The notes under the pieces are model-generated. The model worked only from the letters and a program-made list of their open reading frames with translations, had not been told where the DNA came from and did not search any database. Shown here in pieces: positions 27,371-35,142 of a DNA stretch of 41,045 nt; positions within the stretch are counted from its first letter, which is position 1, and each line of letters starts with the position of its first letter. The translations under genes and the position numbers were made by a program. The DNA lies in contig CAYGGE010000003.1 in the NCBI GenBank assembly GCA_964349485.1, positions 71,899 through 112,943 of the forward strand, written 5' to 3'. Origin of the DNA: an uncultured Candidatus Saccharibacteria bacterium. GTDB taxonomy: Bacteria > Patescibacteriota > UBA1384 > CAYGGE01.

Positions 27371-28558
27371 CTATCTGCCTTGAAACTGGCGTCTGTGTAG
27401 CGACCGATAATATGTCTGTGCAAATCTATGGGCTTCGTCTCTTAGGGCCCGCAGGACGTCCATATCGACGCCCTTCATCGGCTCGGAGAAGACGAGTGTC
27501 TCGCCTTTTCGTGTGGGGCCTTTGGCAAAGCCGACGATTGGGATATTTAATTCAAATGCTTTAATTACTTTTTGGGCCATGCTGACTTGTCCTTTGCCGC
27601 CATCGACCAGAATCAAATCAGGAAACTGCCACTCATGGTGTTTAAAGCGGCGTTGCAAAACTTCACGCATCATATCGTAGTCGTTCGGTCGTTCGCTTTG
27701 GCGGATGCGGAATTTACGGTATTGGCTTTTATCGACTTCGCCTTCAGTAAAGACCACCATACTGCCTACAGCGTATTGACCGGAGATATTAGAAATATCG
27801 TATGCCTCAACTCGGTGAGGGACGACTCCTTTTTCTTCGCTTAAAGTGCCAGAGAAATTAATTCGTCTCGATAGTAAGGCAATATCTTCAATATGCCGCA
27901 TCGCGGTGATTCGATCACGAACCTTGCCTGCTTCCTCAAATCGCTCGGCTTTGGCTAATTTGTCCATCTGCCGTTCGAGGTGGCGAATTACCGTGGACTT
28001 TTTACCATTTAAGAATAATCGCAAGTGACGAATAATATTCAGATACTCTTTCTTATCGAGCTCGGCTGTACAAACCTCAGGATAGGCGGTCATCTGGCAG
28101 TGGAGGCAGGGCCTGCTTGGGAGATCAACGTAGTGACGGTAGGGGAACATGCGACGAACTACTTCCATGGCAACCCGAGCTGCTCGGGCATTGAGATATG
28201 GCCCAAAAATATATTTTGCCTGCTCGAATTCGGCATCAGTCGGTCGAGCTAGTATTACTCGCGGGTACTCATCTTTAGTGATGATGATATGTAAAAAGCT
28301 CTTATCGTCGAGACCTTTAGTGTTGTAGTATGGCTTATATTTCTTGATTAAGTTGGCTTCCAAAAACAGCGCTTCTAGTGCCGAATCGGTCGTATGAAAA
28401 CTAATATCGTGGATATGAAGGACTAATTCAGCCGTCTTATCCTCTTTTTTGCCAGTAAAGTAACTACTCACCCGGTTTTTCAGTGAAGTCGCTTTCCCAA
28501 CATAAATAATAGTCCCTGACTCATTCTTCATGAGGTAGACACCGGGTTCGTCTGGCAT
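27371..28558 (-). CDS. uvrC: Excinuclease ABC subunit C (short form; possible ATT start at 28585)
   Basis: GIY-YIG (PGVYLM...IYVGKA), UVR domain FEEAGKVRD, RNase H-like EAYDISN, DLILVDGGKGQ, RDEAHRFA. Confidence 0.93.
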   Translation of the reverse strand: MPDEPGVYLMKNESGTIIYVGKATSLKNRVSSYFTGKKEDKTAELVLHIHDISFHTTDSALEALFLEANLIKKYKPYYNTKGLDDKSFLHIIITKDEYPRVILARPTDAEFEQAKYIFGPYLNARAARVAMEVVRRMFPYRHYVDLPSRPCLHCQMTAYPEVCTAELDKKEYLNIIRHLRLFLNGKKSTVIRHLERQMDKLAKAERFEEAGKVRDRITAMRHIEDIALLSRRINFSGTLSEEKGVVPHRVEAYDISNISGQYAVGSMVVFTEGEVDKSQYRKFRIRQSERPNDYDMMREVLQRRFKHHEWQFPDLILVDGGKGQVSMAQKVIKAFELNIPIVGFAKGPTRKGETLVFSEPMKGVDMDVLRALRDEAHRFAQTYYRSLHRRQFQGR

Positions 28559-28596
28559 CGCGTTCCAGGTCGTTTTACGGTTAATAGCGCCCTCCC

Positions 28597-31575
28597 CTAG
28601 ACGATATTTTTCACCGAATAAATACTTGCGTTTTTCGGTGCGTTGACTTTCTTATCGACCGGCAAATGTTTTTTCTTGTAGTTAGCCAGAGTGTCGGCCA
28701 AAAACTTACCAGTGAAAGAGGCAGGTGTGTTGGCGACTTTTTCAGGTGTTCCGGCGACGAGGAGTTTACCGCCGCCATCGCCACCCTCGGGGCCGAGATC
28801 GATAATGTAGTCGGCAGTTTTGATCACGTCTAGGTTGTGCTCAATGACGATGACCGTATTACCTTTACCGACTAAACGGTTCAACACACCAAGTAATTTA
28901 TCGATATCAGCAAAATGGAGTCCGGTCGTTGGTTCATCTAGTAAATAGAGTGTCCGACCAGTATCTCTTTTTGAGAGCTCAGAGGACAATTTAACGCGCT
29001 GAGCCTCACCACCGGAAAGGGTAGTGGCCGACTGGCCTAGTTGTACATAACCCAATCCGACATCGACCAGGGTCTCTAATTTGTCGCTGATCTGATGGAT
29101 ATCCTTAAAGAAGGTGAGGGCTTCCTCGATGGTTAAGGAAAGAATCTCGAATATATTTTTACCCTTGAATGTGACTTCGAGCGTCTCTCGATTGTAGCGC
29201 TTGCCTTTACAGACATCGCAAGGAATCTCGATATCGGGGAGGAAGTGCATTTCAATCGTCACGGTACCGTTGCCTTGGCAAGCTTCGCACCGACCGCCGG
29301 TCACATTGAAACTGAACCGACCGGGCTTGTAACCGCGGACTTTAGCCTCAGGGCTAGCGGCAAAGAGCTCACGAACGGGTGTAAAGATGCCAGTATATGT
29401 CGCCGGATTCGAGCGTGGGGTGCGGCCAATGGGCGCCTGGTCGATTGCCACTATCTTATCGACATGTTCTAGACCTTGAATCTCCTTATGCTTACCCGGT
29501 CGATCTAAACGGTGGAGTAATTTCTGGCTGACTGCTTTGTAAAGTATATCGTTAACCAATGTCGACTTGCCGGATCCCGAAACACCGGTTACGGCGACAA
29601 ACAATCCAAGAGGGAAGGAAACGTTGATATTTTTCAGGTTATTTTCAGTTGCTCCAATTATAGTCAATAATCGAGTTGTAGGTTCACGACGCTTGGTGGA
29701 CATGGGTATATACCGGTCACCTCGTAGATAGGCGGCGGTTTGTGATTCAGTGCTTGCCATGAACTCGTCTAGTTTACCCTTCGCGACGATTTTACCCCCG
29801 TGAATTCCGGCGCCAGGACCGATATCCACCAAGTAGTCGGCGGCCCAGATTGTATCTTCATCGTGCTCAACGACGATGACCGTGTTGCCCAGCTTTCGCA
29901 GATGCACCAGCGTTTCGAGCAGTCGCAAATTGTCCCGCTGATGCAAACCAATCGTTGGTTCATCCAAAACGTACAATACCCCGGTTAATCCTGACCCAAT
30001 TTGACTGGCTAACCGAATTCGTTGAGCCTCACCACCGGAAAGGGTTCCTGCCGCACGATTTAATGACAGATAATTTAAGCCAACATTAATTAAGAACGTC
30101 AAGCGACTTCGAATCTCGTTTAGGATACGCTCGGCGATCAACAGCTCACGTTCGTCTAGTTTAAGCTTCGCAAAGAATTCGTCAGCTTTGGTCACCGAGA
30201 GTCGCGAGACTGATGAGATATTCAGACCTGTATCGTGACCAACTCGAACGGCCAAGGCCTCAGGTTTCAGACGATCACCTTTACAATCCGGGCATGGACG
30301 ATGGGTAATATATTGCGACAACTCATCGCGCACATTGTCGCTCTCTGTGGCATCGTAACGGCGTTTCATGAGTTTGATCAGGCCGTCGAACCAAATGGAA
30401 AAGTGGCTAGCTCGACCTGAGGTGAAGAAGCGAATACGAATCTTATCTTTACCCCGGCCGTAGAGTAGAGTATTGAGATCTTCTGCTGGCAGGTCCTTGA
30501 TTCGTAGCTCTTGGCGGATATTGTAATGCTCACAAACCGAGCTGATGATCGTTGCATAGTAACTGCCTTTATTGGCACCGTAACTCGATGGCACAACTGC
30601 TCCTTGCGAGATGGAGAGCGTATCGTCGGGCACGATCAGTGCCGGGTCGAACTCTGCTATTGTCCCCAGACCATGGCAGGTTTCGCAGGCACCTTGAGGA
30701 CTATTAAATGAAAATAGACGAGGATTGATCTCGGAAAATGAGTACCCACATTGTGGACAGGAATAGTTGGCGGAAAATATACGATCGGTTTCGTTAAGAC
30801 GAACGATAATAAATTGATTCTCATGACGCTTAGCCAATTCAAGAGCATTTTCAACCGCTTCAGTGAGCCGAGTGACGACATCATCAGGTTGTTGTTCTTC
30901 AATGGCTAGCTCATCGACCAATACGTCGATTGTATGTTGTTTGTATCGAGCTAACTCAACTTTTTCCCGTAAGTGGAGCATTTTACCATCAACTCGGGCA
31001 TGACCGTAACCCTGGCCATACAGGTCATAAAGCAACTGGTGGTACTCGCCTTTCTTAGCTGCAACAACGGGGGCAAAGATCTTGACCCAAACCGATTTCT
31101 GATCAGCCTTTGTCAGTTCGGTAGCTTTATCGGGTAGGTTTAGAGCTTGCTTAATTAAACTATCAACGATTTCATCGATCGTTAACTTTTCAATCTTGGT
31201 CCCATCGTTTGGGCAGTAGGGGACACCAATTCGAGAGTAGAGTAGACGAAAATAATCATAAATCTCAGTTACCGTACCAACGGTAGATCGTGGATTGTGA
31301 CTTACACCTTTCTGATCGATCGAGATCGCTGGGGATAAGCCTTCGATACTCTCAACGTCTGGTCGGTCCATTTGACCTAAGAACTGCCGGGCATAAGAGG
31401 AAAGACTTTCGATGTAGCGACGCTGTCCTTCAGCATAGATTGTGTCGAACGCCAAAGAGGACTTACCCGAGCCGGACAGTCCTGTGAAGACAATCAACTT
31501 GTTACGTGGGAGCTCAAGATCAACATTTTTAAGATTATGTTGCTTAGCGCCTCGAATGATAATTTTATCGTCCAT
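28597..31575 (-). CDS. uvrA: Excinuclease ABC subunit A
   Basis: MDDKIIIRGAKQHNLKN, two Walker A (GLSGSGKS, GVSGSGKS), LSGGEAQR x2, Zn fingers. Confidence 0.98.
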   Translation of the reverse strand: MDDKIIIRGAKQHNLKNVDLELPRNKLIVFTGLSGSGKSSLAFDTIYAEGQRRYIESLSSYARQFLGQMDRPDVESIEGLSPAISIDQKGVSHNPRSTVGTVTEIYDYFRLLYSRIGVPYCPNDGTKIEKLTIDEIVDSLIKQALNLPDKATELTKADQKSVWVKIFAPVVAAKKGEYHQLLYDLYGQGYGHARVDGKMLHLREKVELARYKQHTIDVLVDELAIEEQQPDDVVTRLTEAVENALELAKRHENQFIIVRLNETDRIFSANYSCPQCGYSFSEINPRLFSFNSPQGACETCHGLGTIAEFDPALIVPDDTLSISQGAVVPSSYGANKGSYYATIISSVCEHYNIRQELRIKDLPAEDLNTLLYGRGKDKIRIRFFTSGRASHFSIWFDGLIKLMKRRYDATESDNVRDELSQYITHRPCPDCKGDRLKPEALAVRVGHDTGLNISSVSRLSVTKADEFFAKLKLDERELLIAERILNEIRSRLTFLINVGLNYLSLNRAAGTLSGGEAQRIRLASQIGSGLTGVLYVLDEPTIGLHQRDNLRLLETLVHLRKLGNTVIVVEHDEDTIWAADYLVDIGPGAGIHGGKIVAKGKLDEFMASTESQTAAYLRGDRYIPMSTKRREPTTRLLTIIGATENNLKNINVSFPLGLFVAVTGVSGSGKSTLVNDILYKAVSQKLLHRLDRPGKHKEIQGLEHVDKIVAIDQAPIGRTPRSNPATYTGIFTPVRELFAASPEAKVRGYKPGRFSFNVTGGRCEACQGNGTVTIEMHFLPDIEIPCDVCKGKRYNRETLEVTFKGKNIFEILSLTIEEALTFFKDIHQISDKLETLVDVGLGYVQLGQSATTLSGGEAQRVKLSSELSKRDTGRTLYLLDEPTTGLHFADIDKLLGVLNRLVGKGNTVIVIEHNLDVIKTADYIIDLGPEGGDGGGKLLVAGTPEKVANTPASFTGKFLADTLANYKKKHLPVDKKVNAPKNASIYSVKNIV

Positions 31576-31611
31576 CTTACTCAATCTTTGCTTATAAATA
31601 TCGCTTAAACT

Positions 31612-31651
31612 AATATATCGTAAATGTATGACCCGAACAACAGCCGAACAA
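31612..31651 (-). promoter_or_regulatory. uvrA promoter with overlapping direct-repeat operator (LexA-like)
   Basis: -35 TTGTTC-17-TATATT; direct repeat TTGTTCGG-ctg-TTGTTCGG (31651-31633). Confidence 0.55.
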
Positions 31652-31673
31652 TGTATTAACCAATTTAAAATGC

Positions 31674-31702
31674 TTTGGCGGCGGTCACAGACCGCCGCCA
31701 AA
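31674..31702 (-). terminator. 3' hairpin of sigma cassette A
   Basis: TTTGGCGGCGGTC-ACA-GACCGCCGCCAAA perfect 13-bp stem. Confidence 0.7.
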
Positions 31703-31705
31703 TAA

Positions 31706-32515
31706 CTAGCCCAACCCTATGTTTTCCCTTAGTGTCAGCAATGCCCTGACTACTCGCTGCCTCACAGCTTCGGCAGGTATTCCCAACTCCCTAGCAACTT
31801 CTCTCAATGTTCGCTTTTCGCCATCGAGGCCGTAGTACAAGATGATCACTGACCGATATCTCGGTTTGAGCTTGTCGACAGCAGCTGTTAACCAGCTTCT
31901 TTCCTCCTCAGCAATTATCATGTCGTACGGACTTGCCGAATGATCCGTAAGCCGCTCGGCCAGTAATGCCCCCTGCAGGGTGACTGGCTGATCGAGCGAT
32001 TGTGTTACCTTCTGTTCTGCTAGGGTGACCAACAAGCATTTCGACGCTCTGTATTGGCTTGCAAGCTCCTCGTAAATTGTCTCCAACTCAGCTTCGTCTG
32101 GTTGGCGAAAATTTGTTTCGCTGAAACTAGCAAGTCTTCTAAGAAGCGCCATTCGAATCTCGAACGATTTAGCTGGTAACCTTATGAGCTGTGCTTGCTG
32201 TTCAATTGCTCGGCGAATCGTTCGGCTAATCCATAGCGTAGCGTACGTCGAGAGCTTGGTTCCTCTATCGACCTTATACATCTCAATCGCTCTCATGAGA
32301 CCGATGACGCCCTCGATCACCAGATCATCCAGCTCCAATCCTTTGCTGATCTGTAATCTACTCACACTACGTGCGATCGAGTATACTAGACGTATATTAG
32401 TCTGAATTAACCTATCTAACGCCTGACGATCGTCTGCCTGTGCTCGAATGATCAATTCTCGCTCTTCCCTAGCTGTCAGCAACGGCAGATTTCCATATAC
32501 AATTCTCATTCCCAT
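31706..32515 (-). CDS. Sigma-70 family RNA polymerase sigma factor (RpoD-derived, regions 1.2-4), copy A
   Basis: LPLLTAREE, NIRLVYSIA, DLVIEGVIGLMRAIEMY, KLSTYATLWI, SLDQPV, region 4 HTH RTLREVARELG; start moved to MGMR (SD GGAG, homologous to copies B/C). Confidence 0.9.
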   Translation of the reverse strand: MGMRIVYGNLPLLTAREERELIIRAQADDRQALDRLIQTNIRLVYSIARSVSRLQISKGLELDDLVIEGVIGLMRAIEMYKVDRGTKLSTYATLWISRTIRRAIEQQAQLIRLPAKSFEIRMALLRRLASFSETNFRQPDEAELETIYEELASQYRASKCLLVTLAEQKVTQSLDQPVTLQGALLAERLTDHSASPYDMIIAEEERSWLTAAVDKLKPRYRSVIILYYGLDGEKRTLREVARELGIPAEAVRQRVVRALLTLRENIGLG

Positions 32516-32536
32516 TGCTCGTCTCCGACTAGCATT

Positions 32537-32590
32537 CAGCCACCGAGTAGGCTGGAGAATGAACATATCTCGAATTATCTCTTATGTCAA
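32537..32590 (-). promoter_or_regulatory. Promoter and leader hairpin of sigma cassette A
   Basis: TTGACA-17-TATGTT then CAGCC-TACTCGGT-GGCTG. Confidence 0.8.
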
Positions 32591-32650
32591 CCCGTTGGAG
32601 CCTGCTCTCTAGTTCAAATATATGATCGAAATTGCTAGCGCTAAACGACA

Positions 32651-32681
32651 AACTGCCGGCGATCACAGATCGCCGGCAGTT
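32651..32681 (-). terminator. 3' hairpin of sigma cassette B (stop codon at loop)
   Basis: AACTGCCGGCGATC-ACA-GATCGCCGGCAGTT perfect 14-bp stem. Confidence 0.7.
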
Positions 32682-33448
32682 GTACTCAGAACATAACGTA
32701 GTTTCCTCAAGGCGACTATCTGCGCCTGTCTTATCGCCTCAGCAGTCTTGTGGAGCGATTCGCCTAGTTTTCGCAGCGTACACGGTTCCTCACCGTCAAG
32801 TCCGAAGCGCTTCACTATGATGAAACGGTGTTCTTCTGAGAGGGCTGATAGAGCTCGCCTCAGTTTTTCATTAGTGATAGTTGCTAAGGTCATGCAGAAT
32901 GGATCGTTTGCCGCTTCGTCAACAACTGTCTCGCCAAGGCGTACCGGACTACCGTCGTCGAAGAAAACCTCGTCCAGAAACATTGGTTGACAGTACTGCT
33001 TTAGCTGTGTTACCAGTGAAGCATTCGTGTTGAGCGCAGTAGCGATCTCATCGTCAGTCGGTTCTCTCCCACGTTGGATCTCGAACTTACCTTCGAATTG
33101 ACGTATCTGATCACGCAATTCGTATGAACATGTTGACAGCCTGACAGTATACTCCTTCGTCTGCATCGCACGATTGATCGCCTGCTTGATCCAGTAGACG
33201 GCGTATGTGGACAAGCGGACACCCCTGTCAAGGTCAAACTTCCGTATTGCGATGATCAGTCCTATAACCCCTTCTTGGAGTAGGTCGTCTTGAGACAGAT
33301 GCACAGTTTGGCAATTGCTCACCAATTTCCATACGAGTCTCAAGTTTCTATCGACCAGGCACTTAAGGGCATTAGTGTCGCCATCTTGTGCCAACCTAAT
33401 TGCCTCTCGCTCTTCTTCTCGAGAGAGCAGTGGCGCATGCGTTCCCAT
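32663..33448 (-). CDS. Sigma-70 family RNA polymerase sigma factor, copy B
   Basis: PLLSREEE, NLRLVWKLV, DLLQEGVIGLIIAIRKFD, RLSTYAVYWIKQAI, GREPTDDEIA, RFGLDG..TLRKLG..ALRKLR. Confidence 0.92.
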   Translation of the reverse strand: MGTHAPLLSREEEREAIRLAQDGDTNALKCLVDRNLRLVWKLVSNCQTVHLSQDDLLQEGVIGLIIAIRKFDLDRGVRLSTYAVYWIKQAINRAMQTKEYTVRLSTCSYELRDQIRQFEGKFEIQRGREPTDDEIATALNTNASLVTQLKQYCQPMFLDEVFFDDGSPVRLGETVVDEAANDPFCMTLATITNEKLRRALSALSEEHRFIIVKRFGLDGEEPCTLRKLGESLHKTAEAIRQAQIVALRKLRYVLSTTAGDL

Positions 33449-33473
33449 TCCAGTTCCCTCGCTCTAAAAAGTT

Positions 33474-33526
33474 CAGCCACCAACAGGCTGGAGAATGAAC
33501 ATATCTCGAATGCCTATACCTGTCAA
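33474..33526 (-). promoter_or_regulatory. Promoter and leader hairpin of sigma cassette B
   Basis: TTGACA-17-TATGTT then CAGCC-TGTTGGT-GGCTG. Confidence 0.8.
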
Positions 33527-33582
33527 CCCGCATGCTCTCATTTGTACTGAACTTTGAATGAAATGGTAGGCCATAAACGCGA

Positions 33583-33611
33583 ACCGCCGGCGATCAGGGA
33601 TCGTCGGCGGT
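33583..33611 (-). terminator. 3' hairpin of sigma cassette C (stop codon at loop)
   Basis: ACCGCCGGCGATC-AGG-GATCGTCGGCGGT. Confidence 0.65.
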
Positions 33612-34376
33612 GTAGGCTAACGCGCGGCGTAACTTTTTAAGGGCACCGAATTGTGACTGTCTGACGCCCTCCTGAGTGATACCCAGTAGACGACCCACTT
33701 CGCGTAAGGAGCGTGTCACCCCGTCCCCAAAACCAAACCGTAGCTGAATGACCATCCGTTGTAGTTCAGATAGTTCTGTAAAAGCCCGCTCTAACTGTTC
33801 GCGCTGTATGCCGAGCATCGCCAATTGGCAGGGATTTGGTGCGTCTTCGTCTTCGATCAGCTCACCTCTCCGCTGTTGGACACCGTCCCCGTCTAACAGC
33901 GGTTCGTCGACTGAGATTGGCAGGTGATATTCACTCAGAGCCCTCAAGGTTTTGAGCGATATACCCAGCTGATGAGCTAGATCTATTTCCTCTAGTGGCC
34001 GAACTTGTTTTTTCTTTATTGCCGCAAGCTCATTATACTTGCGGTATTGATGAAAAACTAAGCTTGGCAGACGAATTTCATACTCATATGTCTCGATCGC
34101 ACGTTGGATAGTCTGTCGAATCCAATACGTCGCAAAGGTAGACAGTCTGGAGTCTTTGCTTAGATCGAACTGACGGACCGCGTTAATTAGGCCGATAACC
34201 CCCTCCTGGAATAGGTCGTCAGGGTGCAAGTGCACCGAATTATACTGTCTAACTACTCTCCAGACTAGCCCTTGATTATACGTGACGAGTCTCTCCAGGG
34301 CTCCTTCATCGCCCTTTTGTGCGTCATTTATTGCTTGCCGCTCTTCTTGAGGAGAGAGCAGCTTGTACTGTCCCAT
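33594..34376 (-). CDS. Sigma-70 family RNA polymerase sigma factor, copy C
   Basis: LLSPQEE, NQGLVWRVV, DLFQEGVIGLINAVRQFD, RLSTFATYWIRQTI, RFGFGDG..SLREVG..ALKKLR; start at MGQY (GAGGGAAC-4nt-ATG as in copy B). Confidence 0.92.
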   Translation of the reverse strand: MGQYKLLSPQEERQAINDAQKGDEGALERLVTYNQGLVWRVVRQYNSVHLHPDDLFQEGVIGLINAVRQFDLSKDSRLSTFATYWIRQTIQRAIETYEYEIRLPSLVFHQYRKYNELAAIKKKQVRPLEEIDLAHQLGISLKTLRALSEYHLPISVDEPLLDGDGVQQRRGELIEDEDAPNPCQLAMLGIQREQLERAFTELSELQRMVIQLRFGFGDGVTRSLREVGRLLGITQEGVRQSQFGALKKLRRALAYTADDP

Positions 34377-34400
34377 GTCTGTTCCCTCGATGTAGTACAT

Positions 34401-34455
34401 CCAACCTCCGAGTAGGCTGGAGAGTGAACATAACTAATTAATCATTAGTTGTCAA
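34401..34455 (-). promoter_or_regulatory. Promoter and leader hairpin of sigma cassette C
   Basis: TTGACA-17-TATGTT then CCAGCCT-ACTCGG-AGGTTGG. Confidence 0.8.
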
Positions 34456-34525
34456 TCTCTTGACACCTTATCGACAATGACTGATACTAGTACTAGCAAG
34501 GTTTGTTCTCTAAGGAGGGAACTGG

Positions 34526-35059
34526 ATGCAGCCAACACTGCCAAGCTGGGATCTATTCATCACCCTCTTCTTTATCATTGGCCTGGCCTATGGCTTTATT
34601 TTGCAACGCGAAAAAATTGTGGCAACCTTAATGTCGGTCTATGCCGCACTAACTGTGAGCGCGATTCTTGTCGATCCAGTGAGCCAATTCTTCAAAGGCG
34701 ATAAGACACTGTTCAACCAGATCTGGATTCGATCTGACACCCAACCATTTACCATACACCTGGTCTTATTCACGGCAATTATTGTCCTGCTCTCTGCTAA
34801 GGGTGGGATTGGCGGCTCTCGAGGGCGGGGTGTTATCTCGCATTTTGAGATACTGGTTTACAGCGCTTTGAATACTGCGCTGATTGTCGGATCCATCTTC
34901 ACTTTTCTACCCGAGCCAACTCGTGACGCTTACGTCGCAAGTAGTTCACTAGTCAAGTTTATTGTTTCCCATCAGGTTTGGTGGCTAGTTGGACCAGTTC
35001 TTGCCATGATCTTTTTCGGATTCCAACGACACCCACGTCGGACCTATGAAGACGAGTAA
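34526..35059 (+). CDS. Hypothetical membrane protein (CvpA-like topology possible)
   Basis: 177 aa, ~5 TM, N-terminal WDLFI...YGF pattern; AAGGAGG SD. Confidence 0.75.
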   Translation: MQPTLPSWDLFITLFFIIGLAYGFILQREKIVATLMSVYAALTVSAILVDPVSQFFKGDKTLFNQIWIRSDTQPFTIHLVLFTAIIVLLSAKGGIGGSRGRGVISHFEILVYSALNTALIVGSIFTFLPEPTRDAYVASSSLVKFIVSHQVWWLVGPVLAMIFFGFQRHPRRTYEDE

Positions 35060-35142
35060 TATGTCAACTTGACAACTAAGGTTTATCCGGACGTGTCATA
35101 GGCGCTTCAAACGACCTATTTTTTATGATAGATTAGATTATC

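Noticed and set aside
31576..31701. 42-aa N-terminal extension of UvrA in the ORF track
   Set aside because: It runs through the promoter and the upstream hairpin; the canonical UvrA start is MDDKIIIRGA at 31575.
32516..32566. N-terminal extension MFILQPTRW… of sigma A (and MYYIEGTD of sigma C)
   Set aside because: The A upstream ATG lies inside the -10 box, and both extensions overlap the conserved leader. The homologous Met-Gly starts have SD motifs.
31674..33611. Sigma 3' hairpins as integron attC sites
   Set aside because: Only ~30 nt, no extrahelical bases or L/R box spacing, no integrase nearby, and each gene has its own promoter.
31706..34400. One of the sigmas as the primary rpoD, or the trio as an assembly duplication
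   Set aside because: All lack region 1.1 and the conserved WW and RERIRQIE motifs, and the copies are far too divergent to be an assembly artefact.
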